DNA from: Bugula neritina
Lineage: Eukaryota; Animalia; Bryozoa
Direction: 5' to 3'
Length of the DNA: 64,000 nt
NCBI GenBank assembly: GCA_964035545.1
Contig: OZ037770.1
Span: 15,614,642 to 15,678,641, forward strand
Shown: positions 1 through 63,070 of the stretch, piece after piece
How positions within the stretch are numbered: the stretch's first letter is position 1
Layout of the letters: each line of letters opens with the position of its first letter
Notes under the pieces: model-generated
What the model was told of the DNA's origin: nothing
The model's database searches: none
What the model saw: the letters and a program-made list of their open reading frames with translations, nothing else
Position numbers and translations under genes: made by a program

Positions 1-615
1 TGTATTATGTTGATACTCAGTGTATTATGTTGATATTCAGTGTATTATTATTATAAAGCTAACTGGTTAAGCATACCACACTCAACCAGTCTGTAGGTAG
101 TATAGCTAAGATATATATATAGGATTATTGGCTAATACTGCATAATTAAAAAGCAGCAGAATTCCTCAACACTTAGCAAGTAGGTCAAGTCTCTAAGCAG
201 TTGTTTGAATGTGAGAATAGAGTTGTCTATTTGGATCTATTTTCAAAGAGTATAACGTCTTCATCAACACAATAGCCAATGGTCACCTTTGGTCAGTGGT
301 CCTGCACAATAGCCAATATAGCTAAGTTAAATGTTGAGATGCACAGATAAGCATTCTAGTCAGTATTGAAAACAATGCCTCCTATTCATCTGCATTTTTT
401 AAGTTAAAATTATTGCTAAACCTCATTCACTGTCAAAGTATTATTTCTATTGCATGGCATGCCTTTTGTTCTCAGGTAGACATAGCTTGTAATGTGATCA
501 TGTGACCCTGTATATATAAGACAGGTACCAGCTACCTATATAGCAAGGTTGTGCTATATAACTATATTGAGTGAGCTACTCTATATTCCAGCTATATCAT
601 GTATATATACATTAC

Positions 616-680
<65 letters not shown>

Positions 681-682
<2 letters not shown>

Positions 683-1391
683 TTTCTGGTACGCTGTTTA
701 ACTTTACACTGTCCATCTTCTCATTAACTTCAACTTGCAGTGCAACATCTATCACTGCTTGAAGCTAGGATTGCTCTTCTGTTGCCATAGCAGTTATCCT
801 CTCTCTGATTGTCTTACTTTGCACCCCTATTCTAAATTGTTCAGGCAAATTATCATGTAGCACATTCCCAAACTCACATGATCTAGCTTGTGCCCTCAGT
901 CTAGCTACGAAGTCTGTCACGGATTTATTTGATGCTAGTCTCTTGACTTCTCTAAGCCTCGCCCTCTCAACCATTTTATTTGCCACTGTACCACAATGTC
1001 TCTTCAGCTGCTGTACTAGATTGTCATAGCTGACATCCTGTGGCATCTCTGGTGATACTAAGTCTGTCAAAGTATCATATTGACTCTCTGAAAGTCCCAT
1101 AATCAGTACATGCTTCTTCAAGTCAGCATCTGTCTTGTGTATAAGAAAGTAACTTTCTTACCTCTGCATATAATGTTTTATCTTCCCACTAAACTGCGCT
1201 ATAGATCCAGTAGCCATTCTAAAATCTTGAGCTGCCACTTTTGCATTATTCTCGTCACCAATTTTATGTTGTGTTAAGTTGCTGTTATTATATTTATGCT
1301 GTAGAGACCACTCTCGGTTGAGGACTAACACTATCCCCTTATTTGCATGTAGATATTCATGTTATATACATGCAGAGCATGACATCATACA
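681..1391 (-). mobile_element. Truncated Gypsy (Mag/K02A2.6-like) LTR retrotransposon: short LTR ~1267-1391, PBS ~1249-1260, degenerate gag
   Basis: Minus-strand ORF 765-1121 resembles retrotransposon gag (SVTDFVARLRAQARSCEFG...EQFRIGV). Upstream on the minus strand lie TGGTGACGAG (PBS-like) and a ~125-bp TGT...ACA segment. The element breaks off at the (TA)n tract at ~620-680. Confidence 0.7.
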
Positions 1392-1506
1392 GTTGCCAAA
1401 CATTATCTGATTCGTGCAGTAATAACAAAGAACTTTATTGCATGCTGTAAACACTCAAAACATTACAGTTATAACCATTACTAGTTCCTGTGTCAGTCCT
1501 GTTGAA

Positions 1507-4500
1507 ATGCTCGAGTCAGAAGAGCAGGAACTCAAAGGTCTGCTAGAGGAAGAAGACACTGACACAGAAAAACCATTAGGGAAGGAAACTGGTTATAGCC
1601 TGAGCAAGTGTAGAGAATACCTGCTATTAGGCGTCTTGCTATTCTCTCAGTTTGTGGCGTTGTGCACTGACACTTTCTTGTTCCCTTTCTTTCCTCAAGA
1701 AGCAAAGAGCAAAGGGTTATCTTATGTGGAGATTGGAATTGTTTTCAGTTCTTTTGAGTTTGCCAGATTTGTGACCGCACCAGTCTTGGGATATCTGGTA
1801 ATATTCATGTTTACATACAGTAGTTACCGCAGCGTCACCTTATTTTAACTTGAAAGCGATTTTAAATATATACTACACGTTTTGACATTATATAAGAACA
1901 AACTATTGATATGCTATATAAGAAACATTTTGTCTGTGTCAATGTGCATAGACGTGCATACGTTTACTATTGCTGAGCTCATGCAGCAGTTATGAAGTTA
2001 ATCAAATTTTGTTGTAAATCTATGCTTTGGTTACGTACAAGTGATATTTAGTGTGCAATGCAACTGATTCATATGTTTAACAAGTTCACTCTGTTGATTA
2101 GGAATTGAAGGTATAAAGTTGTCAAGAATTTGCCAATTCCATATCAACTCAGATGTACATATCAACTCCTTGATTAGTGGTAGCCTGACAGTCATAATGT
2201 GATGCAAAACCTTGTGTATTGTAAAACTGTTTTTTATATTTCTATGGTGCACTGAGATAAAAGTCTCGAAAATCTTATGATTTACTTTTTAGTTTAATTG
2301 GATAAGCCCAAGAACAGCATGCCTAGCAGGTACAGCACTATCGGCAGTCTCGTGCATATCTTTTGGGTAAACAACTATAATAATAAAACAATAGCTTATA
2401 TTTAGTTTCCAAGTTCATTGAAGTAGTTGCAGTGAAATATTTTGCCCAAAAAAGTTAGTTGTTAATCAACAATAATTAATTAATACTTAATTAGCATTGA
2501 TAATTGCATATCTAATGTCCCATAAGGTCTGCTGTGTCAAGTGATCATGAGGTCATAGTTTTAAAAGTGTTTTTATTTTAGGAAAACTTTCAGTGAAGCA
2601 ACTTAATTATCAGAATGAGATGAATTGATATAAACACACGGTGTTATAGAGCAAGTCTTCCTTCTGCTTATATACTTATGTCCTTTAAATTTTATGCATG
2701 ATTTTTGAAGTTTATTTCCACTGTAACAGGAAGACCAATATGCAAATAAATTTTTATTATTGTTTTATTGCGAGTGTGTTTTGAATAATTTTTGTAGGTT
2801 ATAATTTAAGTTGTAGTTTAATAATTATTGCAAAGGCAATAAACAACTAACTTATGTTTCAGTGCTACAACATATGCACCAAATCAGATGCTTCTTCCAC
2901 TTTGTATAACTATCAGAATTCTAGCTGGAAGTGCTTCAGCAAGTCTTACAGTGTCTGTGATGACAATTCTACTTAAACACACAACATTCCAGACCAGTAC
3001 AGTTGTGGTAAGTACTGTATATCATTTCCCAATAGTACAGTTGTGGTAATTAAGTATAATTGTATATTATTTCACAATAGTAAAGTTGTGGTAAGTATTG
3101 TATATAATTACTATCCCTGATATATAGTTGAGATGAGAACTAAATGAACACAACTGTAGAGATGCTTAGGCATTTTTTCCTTAATTAATACATGCAGTTT
3201 AATCACCGTTAAACCCAACGTTTAAATATGATATTTCTTTAGCTGAATATTTACAAGCAGTTTATGAAAACTAGGTTATTTGGTATGATAGAATGCCTCT
3301 CTCCGAACATTCTATATTAAAGCTCATTTATGTTTGCCTTAGGGCTTTGTAGAGATGATACAAGGGGGAGGGTACGCAGCTGGACCTGCCCTAGGAGCAG
3401 CTTTACAGCAGGTGAAGTTATCAAGCAGTTGTTGTAGTCTGCATATATTCTACCATACGGCATGTGCAGCATTGCTGTAGGTATTTTTGCCTCCTAACTT
3501 GTTGTAATGTTATAGACTTTTGTGTTTCAGTCAGCATATCATGTGTCTAATTGTTATATTTCATATTATATCATGTATTTTATTGTTGTATACTATATAT
3601 ACTGGAGAGAAATATTGTACATGATATATATATATATATAATAATATTTCATATCTCTTTCCAAATAATAGCTAACTGTGAATGGCCCACATGTGCACAC
3701 ATATGCACTATAAGAATCTTACGCACACGCACACGCACGCACACAATATATTTTGCATTACTAATTAGGTCTTAATCTCTCAATATCTTTTTTGTGAGCT
3801 TTAAACCACAAGGTTTCTAATGATATATCTTTTAATTGAATTTGGACAGCTCTGTCAATTGCTTGTCTATTTATAGATTGGAGGATACAGCTGTATGTTC
3901 TGGACACTGGGTGGTCTAATTGGTGTCTCATGTCTCTTACAGATATTTATTCTTTCAACAAATGGTATGTAGTCCAAGGAAGTGTATATTCAAACACCTT
4001 ATTGTGTCTTATTCTGTGTGTTAATAGTTGATAAAATCAAAGCAGCTAAATATTCTTTTGATGCCTCCCACGAATTAATGAAATGTTTAGCCATGTTGGC
4101 AGTCATATAAAATTTCTTCAAGTTAATAGCAATTTTTATGAATATCTACAATATATCAACCTAAATTGATTTGTAATGTCAAGCACAATTATGTTCTTAT
4201 ATTGTAACATTTGGGCTTATAAAAACTTTGGTTTTATAAGCAAATATGCCTAGCAATAGATTTAAAGTATTATATAGTATTTGGATAAGTATACATGGAT
4301 CATTCTACCAGCTGCTCTAATTTCCTTTCAAACTGTGTAGTTTATATTGAATATTGCTAAGTTGTGGTATTGACAATTATTAATAAATTAGATTTAAATT
4401 CATGATAATTTGTATGAATAATAACATTTTTTTAAAAACAAGTTGTCAGGAGTTTCTAGTAATTTAAACAATCGAAAATTATGAGTGTAAAGTTTATAGT

Positions 4501-7280
4501 TTGCCTAATTAAATATTGTTCAGAATAATTAATTTCCATTCGTAATAGCATCGTATTGTGTAGAGCTTCATTGGCAAATTAGATTTTGTGGTAGATATGA
4601 TAGATACATGTTTTTAATTATATATAAACGTAACAACTTCTTTTTCAGATCGTAATTATACAAATAATTTAAAAATCTGTTTTTCAAACTTTGTTTTAGT
4701 GAGTGAAAAGAAGCAACCAAACTCATCAGTAGCCATGATAAAGATACCGGGTGTTTTAGTCATGACTTTTCACTGCTTTATATTGAGTGTGCTTGCCAGT
4801 TCAAGATCTGCGGGGCTCAGCAACTTCTTGTCAGATTCTGTAAGTATAGCTGACGCAGGAATCAGCTGGTAAAGGCATGGTTTGTCTTGTAGAATAACAT
4901 GTGTATTATAAGAAACCAAAACCCAAACCATATCTTGTTCTCGTATCTGTGTAATTATATGGGAAAATTTATTATCTACTCAAACATTAATACAATTAAA
5001 ACCATCAAACATAGTTTATAGCATCAAAATAACTGTAGCCTTACATTAATAATCTTTTACCCCAAAACGCAATAGTTACCACTTTTGACTATAGTTATAA
5101 TAGTTTAGGTTAATTCTAATTAAAGCTTAGACTTACCATGTCACATAAAATATTTTACCACATTTATGACAAAGTTTTACAAAGAGCCTAAATTACTATT
5201 AGATTACTATAGTCTATTTTTTAAGATATTGCAATGATGTTTCAGACTTCAATCAAAATCACTTAAATTTTCAAAGTTTACCATATTAGACTAAGTGGAG
5301 TTTAATTTTTACTAAAAATTTTTCTGTAAAACTTTATTTACCCTGTGTGTCATAGTTATTAGGCTATAATTATAGCAATAAACAAGGTTGACATATTAGA
5401 GCTTAATTGAGCATTTGATGTCTTTATAGTTTGGCACTGATCCTGGAAATATTGGCTTGCTGTTTGGATTTTGGTCAACTTTGTATTTGATTGGATGCCC
5501 ACCAATGGCTAAACTAATCAACAAGGTAACAATTGATGCTGAAATTAAGAAATTTGACATGCAAATATAAAACATAATTTGAATGAGTTGTTGTACTATT
5601 TTTATAACGAGTGTATCATTAATTATTCATCAGGATTAGATTATAATTGGGTATACTGCAATTAAAACATGCCACTCAAAAATTAAATGATGTTAAAGTA
5701 AGTTTAGGGGTTAGAGCATTTGCCTAGTGAACCAGCTAGCCTGGGCAAAGGCTATTGGTGATGTTAGGAAGAGCATCCAGTCATAGTTTCTCCTGTGCCT
5801 CATGTGAATAAGTTCTTAACCCGCATTAACAAAAACCCCTTCCTTCAAGGGTTTCTCACAAGGATAGCGACTATAAACTTGCGTGAGTGTTTAAGTAATT
5901 GTGTAATTGTGTATTTCAATAAAATATTTGGATGTTCTTCATTTGAATTTTAGCCAATTGCATTTGTTTTAACAAAAGTAGGGGAAACCTGGGTGATATG
6001 GGCCACTTAAGCCCACAGCCCATACTGACAATTGTTGATTGAAAATTAGTATTTCAACATGTGGGTGCTATCTCTACTAACATACAAACATAATTTGAAG
6101 CTCCTATACAGATGCTTGACTGAGCTATGATTGAAAATTGGTGGACCATATCACCCGGATATTTTTTGAAATTTCGGGTGATATGGGCCACCACAGACTC
6201 TGTCACATAAAGTCAGCTTTTTTTTGTGTTGAAAATGCATTTTGCTATATTAAAAAGTTATGTAAAACAATAGATCTGAAACAAGTGTGTAACAGCTTCT
6301 TTTAGTGTCTCCTAACCCCAAGCATTTCAAATATTTTTGGAAGAATATCTTGGCATCTAAAATACATTGCATGAATATGAATATTCCAAGTACACATTCT
6401 ATAGCAATTGGCTATAATGGTGTCTAATCAATATTTAAGGGTTTAATGTTTTAGCATTGTTTGAAATACTTGAGAAATTGTATTATTTCTCTCCAAAAAA
6501 GTATATGAAAAGAAAAATTCAATTCACTGAGTGATATGGTCCACGGTCCATATCACCCCTCAAGTGGCGGTCCATATCACCCAAAAATCATGTCACCAAA
6601 AATTTTGAATTCCTACAGAGAGTGGACAAGTATTATATATACTATTTAGGTATTTATACATACCCCCCTCCCACACATTATCTGTAGATACAGGCTCCTT
6701 ACTTCAGGTAATTTTTTTTAATGAAAATAGATCCACAAAAGTTGTGAAAAGTTATAAGAAAACGAGCAAAAAGAGAAAATGTGTCTTCATTTTCTAAGAC
6801 AAAGAGACAAGTTTGAAACATGTAAACAGGAAGTTAGATATTCCTATTTATAAACAATAAGACACTTTCCAACTTTCTGGTAACCTTGGATACTGCAAAA
6901 TATGCATGGTCCATATCACCCGGGTGGTTCATATCACCCAGGTTTTCCCTAAATTGAATTTTTATAAAAGTAAACCTTCTGCTTTATTAAACAATTATTT
7001 TTGGCAAATTGTATCTATTCCAAAAAGTTGTAGTTTTGCAAATTTTAGTTCCTGAACCATTTGTTATATAATTTGCTTTTCCAATAAACAACTTCTGTAG
7101 GGATTTATTTATACTCCGATGGTAATAGGCTGCTTGTCGTGTGTGTTCATTGATCTCTTCATCGGACCTTCACCACTTCTCAACTTCATATTTCATGGCA
7201 AACAGTAAGATTTTATGATGTTTCTGTATGTTTATATGTTTGCTTTATACTTTTGAGAGAATGCTGCATACATAATTTTT

Positions 7281-7353
<73 letters not shown>

Positions 7354-8461
7354 TTAAATTGATGTAATTTTGTAGATATTTTGAACTGACAGTTGTGATG
7401 AGAAGCCTGTCTGTGCTGTCACAAGTAGCTGTATACATTCCACCTTTTCAGGCAGCTATTAACCTTGCCGTGTGAGTTCCAACCCAAAGCACAGTATTAA
7501 TTTATTTTTCTAATATTGATAGTAATAAATCCCAACTGTTCCTAAAGCAGTAAAGCTTATGATTTGTTACTGCCTTTGCATTTCGATATCTGCCAAAGTA
7601 AACTAAAAGTCATGTACTACTCCCTGCAGAGTGAATGGCCATGAAAAAGACAGCATACAGACCTATGGAATGGTGACAGGACTACTGAATGGAGGTCTGG
7701 GTCTAGGAGCCATGGTGGGTCCAGTAATGTCAGGAGGTGTCACAGACGCTACTGACTTCACATGGACATTGACTGTATTGGCAGTTTTAGATATGCTAAT
7801 TGTAAGTAGAAAGAAAATTGCTTGTATAACTTTACCATGCATTTAGAAAACTATTTGCAAAATATAATAAAATAAATTAGTTAATAGAAAAATAATCAAG
7901 TGCGTGTTTTTAGTAATTATAACCTTATATAATAATAATAATAACTATAATAACAATAGTTAAAATTTAAGTTTTATACTTAATTTTCTATAAATGAGCT
8001 GTCAAAGATATAATATACTTATAATAATTAACTTAAAGCTGCCTCTATATACTGTACATTAGCATTTCTATAGCTACTACATTAATTTCTGTTGAACAAA
8101 AATACATTCTAACAATATACCAATACATGTAGCCTACTATAACTTCATGTGCTGCTAAGAATATTATGTACACTAGTGATAGTGAATGTTTTACATTTAT
8201 ATAGGTAAGCTTTTTAGTATAAAGCAATTACACTTAGATAGCTTAAATGAAATGGGTGTACCAACTTTACAAAAGACTTTTTTAACAGATATTTTTAAAC
8301 AGACAAACTCAAAATTTATTTTTCTTCGATTTGATTTAAAATGCACTTCATGAACTTTACTTCTCATTTTGCAGTTGTCAGTGCTGGTCGGGTATCTAAT
8401 TTGGATGAAGATAACTAAACAGCCACTCAAACCGGAGACTGTGAAACAGAATACTTTATAG
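1507..8461 (+). CDS. SLC18B1: MFS-type transporter, SLC18B1-like (vesicular amine transporter family), ~11 coding exons
   Basis: Exon 1 encodes LFPFFPQEAKSKGLSYVEIGIVFSSFEFARFVTAPVLG. Later exons encode GGGYAAGPALGAAL and TYGMVTGLLNGGLGLGAMVGPVMSGGV. Approximate GT-AG exons: 1507-1797, 2293-2366, 2863-3007, 3343-3411, 3878-3964, 4700-4839, 5430-5525, 7101-7204, 7376-7470, 7630-7801, 8375-8461 (TAG). The start codon is inferred. Confidence 0.8.
5981..6949. mobile_element. Non-autonomous DNA transposon (MITE-like, TA-flanked) in an SLC18B1 intron
   Basis: TA|GGGGAAACCTGGGTGATATG ... CATATCACCCAGGTTTTCCC|TA terminal inverted repeats, plus several internal GGTGATATGG/CCATATCACC subterminal repeats. 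No ORF. Confidence 0.75.
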
Positions 8462-8557
8462 TTTTACTTTTGACCTTTGTGATTTAGTATAATGTTATGA
8501 TGTGAATAAATTAAAGCTGCCATAAGACAGTAGAAACATTGACTTTTGGCAGACGTG

Positions 8558-9072
8558 ATTAGTCAAATGGGTAGAAGTGTGTTAGTCAAATGGGTAGAAA
8601 TGTGTTAGTCAAATAGGTAGAAATGTGTTAGTCAAATAGGTAGAAGTGTGTTAGTCAAATGGGTAGAAATGTGTTAGTCAAATGGGTAGAAATGTGTTAG
8701 TCAAATGGGTAGAAATGTGTTAGTCAAATAGGTAGAAATGTGTTAGTCAAATAGGTAGAAGTGTGTTAGTCAAATGGGTAGAAATGTGTTAGTCAAATGG
8801 GTAGAAATGTGTTAGTCAAATGGGTAGAAGTGTGTTAGTCAAATGGGTAGAAATGTGTTAGTCAAATAGGTAGAAGTGTGTTAGTCAAATGGGTAGAAAT
8901 GTGTTAGTCAAATGGGTAGAAATGTGTTAGTCAAATGGGTAGAAATGTGTTAGTCAAATGGGTAGAAATGTGTTAGTCAAATAGGTAGAAGTGTGTTAGT
9001 CAAATGGGTAGAAATGTGTTAGTCAAATGGGTAGAAGTGTGTTAGTCAAATGGGTAGAAATGTGTTAGTCAA
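8558..9072. repeat. 22-bp minisatellite (GTGTTAGTCAAATGGGTAGAAR), ~23 copies
   Basis: Directly visible tandem repeat just downstream of the SLC18B1 stop codon. Confidence 0.95.
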
Positions 9073-9577
9073 AGAGTTATGACTATGAGAGAGCTGTGCT
9101 AGCTTTCTCTTCTTTCTCTTTTTATATCAAGTAAATATTCTGGGTATAGAAAAACATAAACTGGTATATAATCTATAAATGAAACATATGAAATGACCAC
9201 ATCCATGTATGATCACTCCTTCTTTTGAAACAAATTAAATCATTTAAACTAGATTAATTTAGGTTAATCTAAATTATTAGGCATTGGCAAGTATCATTAT
9301 TTAAATATAATGAGTATTGTATCATTTTCATATTTTTACTGTTAAATAATTAATTGCAACAAATTATGATAATAGATGTGTTATACTAAAGTCCTATGAA
9401 ACAGGCTAAAAAGAGCTGATAAGATATTATGAAAGAAGAGAAGACAACTTCTCCAATATGCTATGTGATAAAATAATATTGATTAATAAAATAATCTACA
9501 GTACAATATTAGCTACAGCTAAAAGTGTGACACACTCTCTACCAGGTTTAGATTGCACCAACTCTGTAAGACATGTG

Positions 9578-9678
<101 letters not shown>

Positions 9679-9687
9679 TGTGTAGCG

Positions 9688-10084
9688 TGTAAGTATTATA
9701 GCTGGTAGAATAATACTGTATAGTGTAAGTATAGCTAGTAGAATGATACTATAGTGTAAGTATAGCTGGTAGAATAATACTATATAGTGTAAGTATAGCT
9801 GGTAGAATGATACTATAGTGTAAGTATAGCTAGTAGAATAATACTATAGTGTAAGTATAGCTGGTAGAATGATACTGTATAGTGTAAGTATAGCTGGTAG
9901 AATGATACTATAGTGTAAGTATAGCTAGTAGAATAATACTATAGTGTAAGTATAGCTAGTAGAATAATACTATAGTGTAAGTATAGCTAGTAGAATAATA
10001 CTATAGTGTAAGTATAGCTAGTAGAATAATACTATAGTGTAAGTATAGCTGGTAGAATAATACTATAGTGTAAGTATAGCTGGT
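9688..10084. repeat. ~31-bp minisatellite (AGTGTAAGTATAGCTRGTAGAATRATACTAT), ~12 copies
   Basis: Directly visible tandem repeat following a (TA)n tract. Confidence 0.93.
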
Positions 10085-13000
10085 GAAGTGAGTTGTTCTC
10101 TAGAGTAGTAATTATATGCATTGATAAGAAGCACCTTGTGATACCTGTCATATCAAAGTGTCAGTAGTGTCAGTACATCTTTCAAACGCTCAACTAAAAT
10201 ATTACATCCAGCCAAACCACAAATGAGGATTAATGAATATTAATTTCTGCAGCATTCAATCATAACTATGCTAACCTGAGCTGCCACCTACAAATGAAAT
10301 AACATACAGTTATTTATAACAATGACCATGCAGATGCTAAACTTAAATAGTCGGAAATGTGAAAAGAAGTTTGACTGCAAGTATTGGAGGAAAATGAATA
10401 GTTAGTGATTATTAGCTTTGCAAAGGCTTTTTACTTGAATGACTTTGAATTCGAAACACGAATGAGAATTAATTCATAAGAAACAACCACACCCAACTGC
10501 TTTAGTGCCCGGCAACGTGGCTATAAGCCAATGAGAAGTTTGCTGCTGGCAACAAATAAATTCTTAACATATATTTTACTGCCAGCCATGACTGTGCTGT
10601 GTACAGTTTCACGTAGAATTTAGAAATCAGATCTTTGCTGTTTAAACATTCAACAGAGAGTTTTTACGTAAGTATCTTATTATAGGTTTATATATATATA
10701 TAATTGTATATTTCTATATATAATTATATAATTATACCAGGTTGATATTTACCGCAGTTAACCATAATAATGAAATTATTACAATCTATATATGGTCTGT
10801 TTGTCACCAAAAATTAGCTCAAAACTTTTTTGTTATGCTTGCGCGAAGTGATACAAGCAATGGAGATGCTACTATATAACTTGAGTGTAATGGTGGTATT
10901 CACTTTCACATAGCTTTAAATACTGTAGCCTTCTTCACATGTGTTCCAAGTACCTTTTTGTTGTAGTATACACGCAACTTAGTGTGTGTACCATTAAAGA
11001 TATTGCACGGTGTTATTCAACTGAAGTAAAAAAAATTCTAAGTTTAACCTCAAATTGAGCACTTGCTTGTACTCTCACATCTATCAATTTACAGGTTAAT
11101 AGATTAAACTGTGTGTTGCAGCAGCTAAGAGTAGCATGTAAAATGAATCAAATCAGCAATATGATACTTTTAGTTTTATAATACCACAAACTTTAGCATG
11201 GAAAAGTATATCATTATAAAGCAAGCTAGTTTGAGCATACCGCACTCAACCAGTCTGTAGCTGAGGGCTAACATATAATATTAGTATTTTAATGCTGCAT
11301 AAATGAAGTGTGTAAAGATTATTTAACATTCAAGAAGTAAGTCAAGTCTTACATGTAGTTCAATGCGTGAATACAGTTGCCTATTTGATCTAGTTTCAGA
11401 ATATAATGCTATAAGCATATAAGAAATTAATTTATTATAGAGTAACTGTAGAATATGTATCATGTGACTTAGCTGGTCACGTAATAGCTATGAACAGCTA
11501 GCAGCTCTTTTATAGAATACAATGCTTGACACGGTGAGTCTTGCACAAACAGAGTAGTTTTATTTTTATTATTGAGTTATAATAATCCTATTACTTAAAA
11601 CTCTATAGCATAATTTTCAGGCTGCACACTAGCTGTTTTTCTCTCAATATTTATGTAATTTAGTTACACTTGCAGTTAAGCTCTGTATAACAATGTGAAC
11701 AAAATAATTATTTAACTACTAACCCTTCTTTAAAAATAATGAGAAGCAATGCTATTTTTAGATGTTGCATTCTCTATTCTTATTTCACACACTTGATGCT
11801 CATGTCTCAGTCAAATATCTTCATACTAAGTACTAATAGTACTCATATAACTCATACTAATAGTACCCATGCTAATAGTACTAATAGTACTCATACTAAT
11901 AGTACTAGTAGTACTAGTAATATGCCTACAGTATTCATATTATAACAATGATACTCATACTTGAAATATTATCAAATTAAGTGAAATCTCTAATTTGCAG
12001 TTTCTATGGAGCATAATCTTTAATTTAATATATTTGATATTATATATATTATATTGTATTATATTATATTATATTATATTTTATTGTATTTTTGGTATTG
12101 ACATTAAACTTCATCTGATACTGTGATAAATAGTTATTTAAATTAGACTGCTCTTGGAAATAGTTTTAGGTTGAATCACAGAAAAGAAAGAGCATAGACA
12201 AATATCATATTCTCAATATTGAATATCTTAGAACTGTAATGTCTCGCTTCTAACATCAGTGTTGGATTTTGTTAATGTTCAACAGATTGGTCAAGTCTTA
12301 AATATTTTGTTTGAATGTGAGAATATAGTTTACTCTTGGATCAAGTTTCACATTAAAATGTCTTTATTTATGTACCACCTAGTAACAATTGTGCAGTTAT
12401 TTACAGTTATTTACACAATGGCCAATAACAATACCTATGCTATTTAGTGTTATAATACCACTGTGAAGAAAAGTTTTTTTGTCATCCACATTATTTAGAG
12501 CCAGTCATGTTTAAATGCCTTATTCATAAGTTTTTTTATTGATATACTTATTATTCTCAGCCTGTAATGGAACCCTGTATGCATGTATGCGTTATCAATA
12601 ATGGCTGGTATTTAATGAAAGGTATCGGCAGTTCACTATTAAGACATGTAAGGCCTGGGAATGACTTGTATGTTAGGTGGTTTGCATGTTTTTGTAATTA
12701 TTGAAAGTCAAATTTTTGAACTATATAATTATATAGGTTTAATTTAAACAAGCATAATAAATATTTTTTAGTTTTTTGAAACTTATATTAAATCAGCAAC
12801 AGCAACTAAAAAAAACTAGTGGAAAAAATTTTAAATTTTAGTACCCCATCAACTAATTGGACAAAATTGTCCAATAAGGTGGCATATACCTTCCCCAATG
12901 TAATAGTGATTGTGCAAATAGTGTCTAATGTAGGATGGTTCAGCCTGGATGTTTCTAAAAATGGCTGCCATTTGACAATATGTCCGTCACTAAGTTGCAG

Positions 13001-13747
13001 TGTGCTCGGGCATTAAGTTGTGTTATACATAGGCAGTACCTATCACTAAGTTTCCATCTTTTAAATTGTTTAAATGAACTTTTGTACACATAGCAACAGC
13101 AGTAATCAAATGAAACTAGAAGTGGTATAATATGCATGGGGCACAAATATGAATTTATTGGAAGGAAAATTACTGCAGTTGCTTAAAATGCTAAGCAAGG
13201 TTTTGAAGGTGGAGATTGGCAATCATGGCGCTAAGACACGTAGTTACAAAATTTTACCAATAATTTTATATGTTATGTGCTAAAGGTTACAACCTACGAT
13301 AAAGTGCAGCTCGATATAATATTATAATGAATTAAATCATTTTACTTTTCTTTGCTAAAACAATGCATTTTTTCATTAATTTATGACTCTATGCCTTTTT
13401 GAACATGAAGAGCTCATACCCAGGTTTCCATATCTAATGAATTTTATTTTTATGTTTGTAGAAAAATTTCAATAATAGTAAGTTTCAGTCCTTTGTCATT
13501 ATGATAACAACCTTTTTATTTACTTCATTGTTCTAACTGTGTAGGCCTACTGGCCATAACTTATGTTATACAAACTACAGCTCTTTATTTACCTTCACTG
13601 TCACAACTATCCATACCCTTGTTGTGTTACACGAACACTCATCTCCGATTGTTACAGATCAGAGAGAACATGTTACTAACTGACAGGGAGATCCTGATTG
13701 GCTGACATAAAGCTGTGTAGTCCTATGCTATTGGCTGATTTCACAAG

Positions 13748-61727
<47,980 letters not shown>

Positions 61728-62282
61728 ACTCTGTATAATGTACAATAGAAAATGGTGTCTCAGCCTCATGACAAACATAAGAGACATCATATTTGATACA
61801 GAAATCATTGTCCTCAACTCAAATGTTGTTGCTAAATCATCAGAACCCGTATCTTGAGAAAGTAAAAGTTGTGTTGATTTGCAGAGAGAAGATAATTCAT
61901 AATTACTTTATTCAGATGGTTAACAGTTAGTAGTGTGTTTTAACTTGATATATTTCATTTATGATAAACATAGCTTAACAAAACAACTACTATCTATATG
62001 AGCGCGTCATAAATTTGTGTTCTGTGTTAGTAGTTATAGTATATACATTTACTTCACTTGCGTGTTAGAAGTTAGTATTTACACTTCATTTTACTGAGTT
62101 TCATATATCTGTTTAATCTCCAAAAATAAAAGGTCTTTGCTTAATGAGAGTTTCTTAAGAGCAATCTTTGGTCAACATTTTACACATTTTATTAATATTC
62201 ATATTGTTAGAAGACATTGACTGTAAGGAGAAAACTTTTTCACAAAAATAGTCGTATAACTTTTAAATCTAACTTTCAATCA

Positions 62283-63070
62283 TTAGTGAAATAGTGATAA
62301 TTTACAGTGTAATAATACACTTACTTTATAGTGAAATAACACACTTACTTTATAGTGAAATAATACACTTACTTTATGGTGAAATAATACACTTACTTTA
62401 TAGTGTAATAATACACTTACTTTATAGTGAAATAATACACTTACTTTATAGTGAAATAATACACTTACTTTATAGTGAAATAATATACTTACTTTATAGT
62501 GAAATAATACACTTACTTTATAGTGAAATAATACACTTACTTTATAGTGAAATAATACACTTACTTTATAGTGAAATAATACACTTACTTTATAGTGAAA
62601 TAATACACTTACTTTATAGTGTAATAATACACTTACTTTATAGTGAAATAATACACTTACTTTATAGTGAAATAATATACTTACTTTATAGTGAAATAAT
62701 ACACTTACTTTATAGTGAAATAACACACTTACTTTATAGTGAAATAACACACTTACTTTATAGTGAAATAATACACTTACTTTATAGTGAAATAACACAC
62801 TTACTTTATAGTGAAATAATACACTTACTTTATAGTGAAATAATACACTTACTTTATAGTGTAATAATACACTTACTTTATAGTGAAATAATACACTTAC
62901 TTTATAGTGAAATAATACACTTACTTTATAGTGAAATAATACACTTACTTTATAGTGTAATAATACACTTACTTTATAGTGAAATAATACACTTACTTTA
63001 TAGTGAAATAATACACTTACTTTATAGTGAAATAATACACTTACTTTATAGTGAAACAATACACTTACTT
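62283..63070. repeat. 24-bp minisatellite (TATAGTGAAATAATACACTTACTT), ~32 copies
   Basis: Directly visible tandem repeat; it explains the 8-aa periodic ORFs on both strands. Confidence 0.96.

Noticed and set aside
50-270. Sequence similar to 11212-11400 and ~12280-12350
   Set aside because: Degenerate dispersed repeat with no definable ends or ORF; cannot be classified from this window.
5700-5880. SINE-like segment (GGTTAGAGCATTTGCC...GTTAGGAAGAGCATCCAGTC)
   Set aside because: Too short and degenerate to call boundaries or family with confidence.
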